DNA from: Octopus bimaculoides
Lineage: Eukaryota
Direction of reading: 5' to 3'
Length of the DNA: 64,000 nt
Assembly: GCF_001194135.2 (NCBI RefSeq)
Contig: NC_068984.1
Location: 30,236,355-30,300,354, forward strand
The translations under genes and the position numbers were made by a program. Numbering within the stretch: position 1 is the first letter of the stretch; each line of letters begins with the position of its first letter. Of this stretch, positions 52,557-64,000 are shown piece by piece. The notes beneath the pieces were generated by a model, which saw only the letters and a list, made by a program, of their open reading frames with translations, ran no database searches and was not told where the DNA came from.

Positions 52557-53162
52557 GTAGATAGATATATAAAGAAAAAGGAAATAAACAGAGAGAAACG
52601 AAGAAACAAAAAAGGAAATTGAAGATTGTTGTATTTCCCTTGTTTTATTTGGAAAAACCCCATTAAATCAGAAATAATGGTAACACTATAAAGATCTTTA
52701 TTCTTGATAAAAGACTGTTTCAATAAATGACTACAATTTTACCCCCTCTTCATTCATTATTGTTCCTATGTCAATAATAGTTTTCAATAAACCACTCTGA
52801 TGTGTTTGTTGATGCAGAATATTTTTCATAATTATTTTGTACGAAAGAAGTGATTTAGTTCTCGACAGATGGAAAAATTAACAGACTAAAGGACATGAAG
52901 AAAGAGAAGAAGCAGGTAATGTTATGGTTTGCAGATGAGTTCTTCTTAATTCATGTTAGAAATTTACTATTGAAATTGTTTCATTACAAAGGAAAATACT
53001 TGCAGATTCTTATAATATTGTTTTTAGATAACCATTTCAGGTTTAGTATTATATGACAAAACATGGGCAAAATAAGATTGAAGAAGGAAGCTAGAAACCA
53101 CATGAGAGCATTGTATGTCCTCAGGAAAATCAGTTAGGGTTAAGGACAAGGAGATACTTAAA

Positions 53163-53471
53163 TACATTATTTACAATTGACGGATATTTGTCCTCATCTT
53201 GTTTGTTGTTAACACGTTTCGACTGATATACCCTCCAGCCTTCATCAGGTGACTTGGGGAAATTTCGAACCTGGGTTCTCATTCCTAAAGTATTTTTCGA
53301 TGTTGTTGTTGTTGTTGTTATTATTAATATTATTCAGGTTCTTAGGAATGAGAGCCCAGGTTCAAAATTTCCCCAAGACACCTGATGAAGGCTGGGGGGG
53401 GGGGTATATCAGCCAAAAGTGTTAATAACAAACAAGATGAGGACAAATATCCATCAATTATAAATAATGTA
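53163..53471. mobile_element. Palindromic Penelope-like terminal-repeat derivative with hammerhead-core relics
   Basis: Arms 53163-53288 and 53342-53471 are inverted. Each carries CAC-CTGATGA-A-GGCTG...CAG(C/T)C-(G/A)AAA facing outward. Confidence 0.8.
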
Positions 53472-54619
53472 CATAATTCCTCATCTGTTAAATATTGAAC
53501 CGATATACTTAAATATTGATGTATCTTAATGGGAGGGAACTAGAAATCATACCCATAAATGCTAAATAGGAAGGAAGAATATCAGATCTGAGTGAGTGTT
53601 TCAACAGTTACCTTCAGACATGCATACAATCACACACAAATATGCACACACACGTGTATGCATGCTCATGCACACACACACACACATATACACACAACTT
53701 GCTGGATTTGAAGTACTATTTTAAAGTGAATAAAAACATGACTTATAGAAAATTGGTCACAATCACTATTTTCAACTAATTATATGATATGGCAATGAAT
53801 GAATTAATTAACCAAGATTTTTCTATATAAATAATATGAGAAATTGGGACCAAGACTTCTGACCTTTTGCTGTGCTTGAGAATACACACAAGATAAGTAA
53901 AATTGAGGCCATCCCTATATACAGGTACATCCCTTATAGCCATGTCTCTACCCACTCTATTGCCTGTGAGGTCCTTGACTTGTAAGCTCACAAGGTCTAG
54001 TGCCATGTGTAATAAAAAGTACCTGGTTTGGTGTCATGCAAAAGCACCAATAATGGGACCACATTGAACACACCTGTGCCCCGGCCACATGAACGTGCTC
54101 ATGCCACTGCCACATGAAGCACCCATGCCAGTTTCATTCTATGAAATAACACTGGTGCTGGTGCTGCATAAAAAGCATCCAGCACATTCAGTGAGGTGGT
54201 TAGCATTTGGAAGGACATGCAACTGTAGAAATCATTCCAAAACAGACAATTGGAGCTTCGTGCAGCTCTCTGGCTGGCCAGTTTCTGTCAAACCATCCAA
54301 CCCATGGAAAAGAAATGTTAAATGTTGTTGATGATGATGAGCTATTACATCCTCCAGAAAAAGGTAACATGTCCTTGCGTCAACTTCTCCACACATCAGT
54401 GAGACTGTTTCTCTTTTCTGTTTCACATTGGTTCTTCTAATGTCCTGCATCATTTTACATTGAAAATCTGAGACATTAAACCATTCCTAGTTTGATTCAT
54501 GGGTTTATTTCTCATCATGCATATTGCAATTGAGGTGGGGCACTTCAGTGTCGAACATTAATGTTTTCATGTGTATACAAACTGGATCATCTTAGTGGAA
54601 TTATAGGCCCCTGGGCCTA

Positions 54620-55030
54620 TGTCTGTAGTGTGACCATGTCTTCAGACAGTACCTCATACATACAAACATACATCGACATATTTTGATGTGAAGCACGGCC
54701 TCTCTGGGAGAAATGCTGACATGGTAGCCTTTCTTGGAGTAGTATCAACATAAATGTAACCTCTCTTGGACTTGTGACCTCTACAGTACAACACACTTTG
54801 AAGGCTATGCATTTGCAATCAAAGAACTGGAGATTCCAATGAAATACCTCAGGAACAAAAGAGACACTGAAGCCTTTGGAACCCCAAGATGAAACCAAAA
54901 ATGTAGATTGTCATATTTCAGTGGAAGACACTTCACATATCATTAGCAGCTGCCCCAAAATGTCATCAAGGTATATGCTGACGTGGTACGATGTTGCATA
55001 AACAATATACAATGCTATTCAGCAAAAAAG
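54620..55030 (+). mobile_element. Fragment of a second REL-type (R4/NeSL-like) retrotransposon family
   Basis: TTHFEGYAFAIKELEIPMKYLRNKRD, then CRL..(frameshift)SVEDTSHIISSCPKMSSRY (CCHC knuckle region). Confidence 0.7.
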
Positions 55031-55198
55031 ACTGTCCTAGAATATGTAAGTGGAACAGTAAAAATATGCAAGACTTTTCTCAAGTTTAAAATGTGACTTT
55101 GTTTTTGTTATTTACATTCCAGTGATGGAATTTTGTACCATTGTTAGGAGTCAACTCGTTCCTAAGAAGAAAAGTTCATATAATTAAAACAGAAGAGA

Positions 55199-55229
<31 letters not shown>

Positions 55230-56504
55230 CATATAGGAAACTGAAATTTGGTGTAGGAACATATCTTTTCTAAGTCAAAGGTTATGTGTCTTTACTGAAA
55301 TTTTTTGTTTTAGCTCCAGACAGAAGAACTAAGAATGTTATATACCCACAAGCATTCAAACTGATAACGGTAAAGTTACTGATTAGAAAGATAATTTACT
55401 TAAAGTAATTATCCAAATTAGAGCAGTTTTTTTTAAGCATGTTTTCTGAGAAAAAGAAAATTAGAAGAATAAATTTCACTTGAGGTTCTATAGTTGTTTG
55501 TTAATTTCTTTTGTGAATTTATGAAACTCAACTTTAACCTCTTTCTGCATGGTTTTCAAGCAATAATTCAAAGTGAATCAACATTCTCAGATGAACTAAA
55601 TACTGTCAGATTCTTTTTAAAGCAATTTATACAAAATATAGTGAATTCATGTGATTAATATCTATTTCAGATATTAATAAACATGGGTAAGGTCCAGTAT
55701 GGTGGCTAATATAAAATATTTCTTAGAATTTTCTTTCAAGTGTGTACAAGAATTATTGTTTTTGTTCTTTCTTATCACAATCTCTTGTATTACTAATTTA
55801 GGTAGTGGGGTGGCTAAAAAGTATTTCTAAATTGTTTATGACAATAATAATAAAAAAGACTAAATACCTAAATAAGAATATAAACTTACAATATCTACAT
55901 CTTTGAGATGATTTATTACATGAACAGAACTCAATTATCAGAATACTAGCTTTGTCATTTGAATTTTTATCTAATCAGCATATTCTTTAATCATCTTTGG
56001 TTATCACTTTTCATCTTTAGATGTTTAAATATAATCTTAGGCAAGATAGAGCTGTGGAGTGTAGGGGAAGCAAAATGTTGGATATATGATTTGTATAATT
56101 TTGTTGAGTTCTTTCATGCACTGAGTTCAAATATTGCTGAGGTCAGCTTTGATATTTATCCCTGTAGAGTTTGTTGAAGAAGTACTTGTCATGAAGGAGA
56201 TCAATTTGATTAACTATACCTTTTCCCTAAAAATTAGTGGTTTTGCACCAAATAAAAATCAATATTAATGAATGGTGATTCTGTAGAACAGTAATAGAGG
56301 ACCACACTAAATTCCGGTCAGCTTTAAGTTCTGAACTCTTACATTCTCATTTTACATCCCACTAGTGTTAGCTTTATTCTCCATCTTTCGAGGTTTAATA
56401 ATGTAGCAGTCATTTACTGAGGTTTATTTAGTTCAGTATACTTCACCTTTAGCAATTTGTTACTTTGTGCTACAAATCCTTAAGAAATCTTTATATTTGG
56501 TTAA

Positions 56505-56725
56505 CTCTTTGGTGTTTAAACCAGCCATATCTGGCCCAAACATCCCAGTTGTTTTATGTTCAAACTGGATAGATCTGGCTTCTCACATCTGCCCTACAAT
56601 GTCATTCTGATGACAAACAACCACTCTAATGAAATCTCAAAGCTGCAAGATAATTATATGCTTAATTCAAAACAATATGAATGCATAAGCATTACCTTTG
56701 ATGGAGTAATCCGAATGCTAAAGGG
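56505..56725. mobile_element. piggyBac-like MITE with TTAA target duplications
   Basis: TTAA|CTCTTTGGTGTTT ... AATGCTAAAGGG|TTAA; imperfect TIRs; 221 bp. Confidence 0.65.
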
Positions 56726-58135
56726 TTAAGCATTCATGTATTTAATGACTGTTTTTTCATGTTAGCTTGGATTGTGATAGGGTAGTTATTTTGAAGCAGG
56801 ATTTAATACCTGAATGCTCTGTTTGTTGCCACCTGTTACTTGTTTTTCAAAACGGGGATATGTTAATACAAATTAATTAGATTAAATATCTTTCAGATAT
56901 TTACGGCTAAGGATTTGTATCTAATGCTAGTAATTATATATAATATGGAATGATCCAGAAGTACATAATCCCTTATTATTTTTTTCTTCAACAAAGTCTT
57001 GAGTAAACTTTGTTTACGATTTCTTATTGTAAACAATTTAGAGATATAGCTGTAGAATAGCTTTAGGTATATCTACTTGAGGCATATGTACAAACAACGA
57101 GGTCAGACGAAGGAATATTTTTAAGTGATATTTTTACAGTTCCCAACAGAGGGATTCCCTTGAGAGAATTAGACTTAAACATTGAACAAACCTAACAGCT
57201 ATCCGGATGCAACTTGATTTATTGTTTAGTTAACTACATTCCTTTTATGTTTCTTTTTATACTTTACTCTCTGACCATTTTCCGCCAAAACATTTCTGAC
57301 CAACCTTTCAAACATTCCTCTTTTGTCAGTAGAAAGCAAGAGGGAAAGAAAGAGCAATGGAGGCAGACATACACAGAGAGACAAAGCAAGAGACCTTCTG
57401 TTACTTAAGAGGTTACAATTCTCTGAAATGGTAAAGAGAGGCAGTGTCTAATCACATGACAGATCAGAGTTCTCTCTCCTTGTTTATAAGCTGGAATCTC
57501 ATCAATCAAAATATCATTGTATAGATATGGGTTACTGTAAACAAAAGATCAACCAAATGAAGGGAACCAGCCCTGTTACAAAACAATTCTGTTGAAATTT
57601 TAATCCCATTCTTTACTAATGAGTAGACAAAATAAAGAGAGGTAATATCTATTCCCACATAAATGAGGAAAGAAACTCTCATATCGACTTTTAGCAAGAT
57701 GCTCTCATGTTTATATGAGTGTGCATTTTGCATGAGAAACCTGTGTAAGAGTTTCTCTCATTACATCTGCTACAGTAAAGTTTGTTCTGATAGAACATCC
57801 TCGTTTACATGGGAATAAATATTACCTCTTGGTAATTAATACTGCCTCTATTGCTAATATATTGACAAAATAAAGTTTTCATCTATATCATTCTTTGTGA
57901 TGAGGTTGAATAAAATTAAAATGTTTGAAACCATTTTAATATTTTTACTCATAGCAATTTGTCTTCCTTCTTTTCAATCCTCACAGGTACATCTATAGGG
58001 AAAAGCTGTCTTATAGTAAAACACCATCTTCATATCCATTTTAATGTGGATGTTTTGTTAGAACACCAAACACTGTGGTATTAATCATGAGAGGACCTCT
58101 CATATGGATACATGATGCATAAAAGTAATAAAAGG

Positions 58136-58196
<61 letters not shown>

Positions 58197-58699
58197 AATG
58201 TGCTGTGCGTGAGAAGACCCAGCAAGCCAAGTAAGATCGTTGCCAGTGCCCCTGGACTGGCTTGTGCGGGTGGCATATAAAAGACACCATTTCGAGCGTG
58301 GCCGTTTTCATGCGGGTGACACGTAAAAGCACCCACTACACTCTCTGAGTGGTTGGCGTTAGGAAGGGCATCCAGCTGTAGAAACTCTGCCAAATTAGAT
58401 TGGAGCCTGGTGTTGCCATCCGGTTTCACCAGTCCTCAGTCAAATCGTCCAACCCATGCTAGCATGGAAAGCGGACGTTAAACGATGATGAAGATGATGA
58501 TGATGATATATATATATATATATATATATAATTTACAGATATGAATTATCCACTATGGACATCAACACTGCCAGATAATGCGATTTTAATGTACTGCATT
58601 GGCAGTGAGACGTGGCTGGTGGTAGCAAGCTGGTGACTGTCACTGATGAGATGCAGCACATTGAAATCACATAATCTAGCAGCTCCAGCACCCATAGCA

Positions 58700-59160
58700 G
58701 ACATCTCTCACCTGATTGTCATATAAATATGTGTGCTTTTATGCACCATGTGTTTATATGAGAAATTCTCTAAAGGTGAATAATTCAGTGTTCTGATACA
58801 ACATCTACAGTAAGTTGGATATAATGATTGCCTTTTTATATTAATACTGCTCTTGTAACTGATAATTAATTTTTAATAAGTCTGCCGACTATTTATGAAA
58901 CTAGAGCATGAAAAGTCACTGGAATTCTATATCTTGTTGGCATGAGCTCTGCTGGCAGTTCCAAAGTGCATTGCAGATGATTCTCATCTGCCAACGATAT
59001 AAATATGTCTGCTTTTATGCACCATGTGTTCATATGAGAGATTCCCTCAAGGTTAATCACACAGTATTTAGTGTTCTAACAAAACATGCATATTAGAGTC
59101 GGATATAAAGATTGCTATTTAGTGTTAATACTGCTACTGTTACTGATGATTAATGTTTTA
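58700..59160. repeat. Diverged tandem duplication (~275-bp period)
   Basis: ATATAAATATGT(G/C)TGCTTTTATGCACCATGTGTT(T/C)ATATGAGA...GGATATAA.GATTGC...TTAATACTGCT at ~58720-58870 and ~58997-59155. Confidence 0.75.
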
Positions 59161-60729
59161 TGATGTTTCATTTAGTATAAAGCTACATTTGAATAATAAT
59201 GTATTGTAGAATTGTATTATATTTTATCTGAAACATATTTTTAGTGCTCAGTTCATGAAAGGTAAAAGTTGATTTCAAATTCATAGCAGTAAAATTCATG
59301 ATGAGCAAAAATGAATATGAATAGTTAAAAACAAACTTTTAGATATTGCATAGCTATATAAAATAATTTTGCTTCATATTCTTTTGAAATATATATTTTT
59401 TAAAGTTAAATATGTATATATTTTGGAAATGTAATATAAAATTTATTGTTTTGATAAGAAGAGAAAGATAAGAAACTATGATGTAACTACTTCGCATACT
59501 TTGCAAAGTGAAGCTATAATTGCATGTAGATTTTCAAAAGGTATATATTACATCATATTTCAAATGAGCTAGGAATATTGTATAGGTTATTATTAAATGA
59601 GAAATTAAACATGTCACCAGGAAATGTAGTGCTATGGAAATTAAGCAAACCAGGTTACATTGTATATTACCATCATTCTCATTGTCGTTGTCATCATTAT
59701 GATCACCACCACCATCCGCATTATCATCGTTGTTGTCCCCACCACTACTATTACTGCTTTACTACCATCATCATGATGACTTAATGTCCACTTTTCATGC
59801 TGACATGGGTTGGATGGTATGACAGGAACTGACAAGTCAGAAGACAGTGCCAAATGTCAACTTTGGCATGGTTTTTATGGCTAGGTGCTGTTCCTAATGC
59901 CAACACCATGGACAAATAAAAGTCTGTCATGTAGTCATAGATTTTAATTTAGCAGATCTATGTTCAAGGAATAGCTACTGTATAGCATTTTCCGGTAACC
60001 ATTAATCTAAGACCACATTATCCAACATAATCTTAGCTATCATAATTTTAAAGATATTTGACTGTGAATAAAGGGGAATTCAACTACTATTTCTAGCATT
60101 TTACAGCAGGAGTAAAATTCTATATTTATTAAAATGGGCCTCCCATACATTACATTTCAGATTATTCAAAGTATTCTGAATTACATTATTAAATAATTGA
60201 ATTGAATTAATATAGATGTCTTTTTGTATTCAAAAGCACAATGTTTGATTTAAATGTGTGTGTGTGTGTGTTCTTCCCAAACTTCTTTACTTCTTTAAAT
60301 CTTTTAAAATCAAAATGAAAACATACATTTAAAATAGATCTTTCTCAAATTATTCCCAATTGAACTTTAAGTCGAAATTTCTGAGCAATTTGATATTATT
60401 CATTACACTGCAGAACAAAATTTGCTGCTGACTAACTTAATATGTTGTCAGTAACCTATGCAATGAGTTGACCTTTTGTATGCCATTATCACTTTATAAT
60501 GTGTCCATGGCCAATAAATTTTCTTTCACTTGACCAGTCTACCTAACTTGTAAATAAATTCCATGTGGGTGTGCAGCATATTGCTATAACCAGTGATTGT
60601 GTTATACAATTGACAAATGATTAATTGATTTTTCTCCTTTGAGTTCAAATCTCATCCTCGTAATGATGATTATGATGGTGATTATGATTATAATAAGGAC
60701 GATGATGATGACGACGATGATGATGATAT

Positions 60730-60946
60730 TAATCCTTTCTATTATAGGCACATGTCCAGCAATTTTGGGTGAGGGAATAAGTTGATTACAACGACCCTAG
60801 TGTTTGTTTGGTACTTATTTTATTGACCCCAAAAGGATGAAATGCGACGTTGACCTCAGCAGAAATTTGAACTCAGAATGTAAAAATGGATGAAATAGCA
60901 GTAAGCATTTTGTCCGGCATCCTAATAGTTCTGCCAGCTTGCTATC

Positions 60947-60948
<2 letters not shown>
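60730..60948 (-). mobile_element. tRNA-derived SINE family C, full length
   Basis: Minus-strand head AGCTGGCAGAACTATTAGG, B-box GAGTTCAAATT, tail ATAATAGAAAGGATT. Flanked by (GAT)n and (AAT)n. Confidence 0.8.
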
Positions 60949-60979
<31 letters not shown>

Positions 60980-61039
60980 GAGCATGAGATGAAGGGGGTT
61001 TAATGAAAATAGGTTGCATAAGGTGTGGAGTTTTATATA

Positions 61040-62250
61040 CGATCAGATGAAGGAAAAAGATTGTATGTGATAAAAGGTGTACATGGATGATAATTTTCCA
61101 GATACAAGAAGACCTCAAGGCCAATCAGAGAGCACCACAGATCCAAGATAACACTGGCCACCAAAAGCAAATACCTTCTTACTGTTGATCAACCTACAGC
61201 TGCTTGCCAAGACTAGTTCTATACTCTCTCAACATTTTAGCCATAATCACACACCATTATAGAAGAGTGTTTCTCTTAACAGCTTTACCTACCTTCCTTA
61301 GCAGAACTTTAAGATGTCACTGAATAAGTGCATGCAAAATGGTTTCATCACTTTACTCGATCTTGTCCAACCTTGTCTGAAGGCTCTTCCTGTTGAGTTT
61401 CATTCAAACCTACAGTGTTTGACCTGAAAAGCTTCTGAAAGAGAGAAGCCAGTTTATTCTCGTTGACATCTGGAGTTTCTACAGATTATATTTGTCTGAC
61501 TGATTCAGGCTGGTGATTGCCTGACAACATTCCATAATTTACTCTATGTTGGTTTTCCTTGATTCAAAGCTGCATGACACTCAAAGAGATGGGCTGCAGC
61601 AAGATATGCCACACAAACCAAAACCACATCACTGTCTAGGAATCTCTGTAGGTAGTGCAGCTGCAATGTATATCAGTGTCAGACACTGCCTACAGGCTTA
61701 GTGTAGTAGATAAAGGTGCAGTGCATTCACTTAGAGATTTTGAGTTCAGTTGCAGGCAAGGCACTAAGATGAATCGCAAGACACCTGAATAAGGCTGGAA
61801 CCTACACAGCCAAAACATAATAAAAGCAAAAACCAAGATGAGGACACCTTTCCAGCTAATGATAAGTAAATGTTACAATGTTTCAATGTCCTTAGGTGGT
61901 TAAAACAATTATTCCATATGTAATTGCTTCAGTTTCAATAGGCCGTCTCAGATTAAGTGGCTTACCAAACAAGTATGATCCCATCCATCTGTCCATTTTC
62001 TCTGCCAGATATTCCAGGAAGGGTCATAGAGGTAGAGTCCTCAGGCTTCCCTTCCATAGGGTCCTATCAGAAGCAGCTGTCATTAAATTTTCTGGCTAGA
62101 ATTCCAAGCTTGACCACTGAAACTATAGATATTATCCAAATATCTCACTCAGGAAATAGATTACAAAGGCAGCTGGTAATAGCTATTGCTATACATCATA
62201 TGTTCTTGGATTGCTCAAGACAGGTGGAAAGTGAGGTATATTTATCATCT
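61040..62250 (-). mobile_element. Possible old Tx1-like LINE remnant interrupted by a Penelope-type end (~61778-61850)
   Basis: Weak minus-strand peptides RKWTDG, LQLHYLQRFLD and YLLLVAS...LW..LIGL. 61778-61850 (AAGACACCTGAATAAGGCTG...CAGCCAAAAC...CAAGATGAGGACA) matches the arm of 53163-53471. Confidence 0.35.
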
Positions 62251-64000
62251 CCACTTTTGTTCACAGTGAAAGAGTGCAGCATAAAGTAATGAAATTTACT
62301 TGAAATTTAATCAGCCATTTGTTTACGTTATACATTATAATTTCATTATTTTTGTTAACTATTATATTATTCATAACATTATGCATTACAGATTAACTAT
62401 AGTTAATTTTACTCATTGTATAAATTGCCAAAATCAAGTTACAAGTGACTGAAATGCTTCTGAATGCTTTTTTTAAATATTTGTTCAGCCATCAAACATT
62501 TATGGATATAATGAAAATAAAGCTACATCATATTTTCATTCACCTTTTGTTTCCATCAACATTTTATGCATATATGTAGAGTTGCATAAGTTGTGTTCTC
62601 AGAATTAGTTCGTACACTGTGGTATTGCTATTGTAATGAAAGATATGTAAACACAGCAACCATAAATCTAAGGATATCAAACTGACATAAAAATTGTGGA
62701 TTTGGCAGTATGAGTAGAGAAACAAAGTGATATTCAATTGTCTTTTTACCTTCAAAGTTGAAATCTCATCGCAGCTGACTTTGCTTTTCATCTTCCTGTG
62801 TTAGTAAGTACCAGTCTAGAAATTATTTTCACTGTGGAAAGTGGAAGTATGGAACTCAAAAAACAATGTAAGGGAAACTTTGTTTCAAATTAGTTACTAA
62901 ACTATATATATTGTGCACTTTTCCTTCTACTAGTAAAGCCAAATGTGTATGTGTACACACACAAATGCATGCATACATACATACATACATATATACATGG
63001 TTACAAATATACATACATGATGGCTGCAAATTGGTTTGATGTGGTTATTCGGTCCTGCTAGGGACCATTCATTTATATAGATGTATACAGCATCTTCTAG
63101 TAGATGTTACTGTATTATTTTGGTGAACATCCCTGCTTTCACAATTATTATGCTGATCTTTTTTGATATAAAATAACAATTTTCATAAAGGTTAGGAAGC
63201 TAAGGTAATATTATATAATACAATACTGTACAATCATGTAACACGATACTATACATACATGCATACATATACATTGCATACTATAAATAAATCAAAAGTA
63301 GTGTGTATGATGTTTCTACAGAATATCGACATTGAAAACTGAGTTGGATTTGAACATAAATGAGTGTTTTGTCCCAGTATTTTAAAAACCATAAAGGTCT
63401 GTAAATTAGATGCTTTAATTTCTGTAGGTATCAAGAATGAAAATATTGCAAGATTTTCATTGAGTGCATAAGCAGGAGAAAAAAATGGGAAAATTCTGTG
63501 AAATTAATTTAGGCTTCAGAAACTTACATCTTTCAAATGATATTTGTTACATACAAATGCATGGAAATATGCTTATGAAGTGATCCATTCAATCTCCTCC
63601 ATTCTGCTTTGAGAAGAGTAGTTTAGATCTAGGATGATTGATAGCTAAATATAGAAACATATTACAAGATAGATATGTTAAGAAAATTAAGTAGGAAAGA
63701 GATTGTTAGTTGTATGTCATACTGACAGAAAATGCAGTTAAGGAGTTTAATATGCTGTCAGTATTAACTGGTGAAAAGAATCATAGAAATTGGTAACTGG
63801 ATGTATAAACAGAAATGGAGGGTTGGAGAATATGAAGAGGAAGATAGACAGAAATAACATGAGATGTGTAAGAAGATAACTAACAAAATACAAGGCTTGT
63901 AAACAATCGTCTTTGCTCATGGCAAATGTAGGGGTTTTAACTATCTCTATTGATTCATATATATCGGTAGAAGAGTTTGGCTAATGAGAAAATAAAGCAG

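Noticed and set aside
51920-52723. Longest ORF in the track (267 aa, minus)
   Set aside because: Translation of the (TATC)n/(GATA)n array.
57987-58020. GTSIGKSCL resembling a small-GTPase P-loop
   Set aside because: Spacing is G-x3-GKS rather than G-x4-GKS, and the frame ends soon after with no other GTPase motifs.

Overview
AT-rich, microsatellite-dense eukaryotic non-coding DNA. The SINE families and repeat landscape look like an octopus (cephalopod) genome; this is inference from recalled repeat families, not a database match. No host protein-coding gene could be supported: almost every ORF in the track is a microsatellite translation or the sense/antisense frame of a decayed transposable element. 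DNA transposons: a full-length mariner (5578-6846), a DD37D/maT element (8366-9395), a mariner with an inverted duplicate of its 3' end (26527-27372), and hAT-, piggyBac- and Helentron-type non-autonomous elements. LINE remnants: RTE (one 5'-inverted), L2/CR1, Tx1 and three R4/Dong-type fragments. At least four SINE families are present, labelled A-D here. The most interesting signal is a set of Penelope-like (PLE) terminal-repeat derivatives with hammerhead ribozyme motifs: a 514-bp tandem unit with a well-formed type I hammerhead (47377-47438), and three head-to-head palindromes (2481-2846, 49700-51020, 53163-53471) with intact or relic hammerheads. A decayed Neptune-type GIY-YIG ORF lies at 15795-16355. 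All coordinates and alignments were made by eye; degraded-repeat boundaries are approximate.
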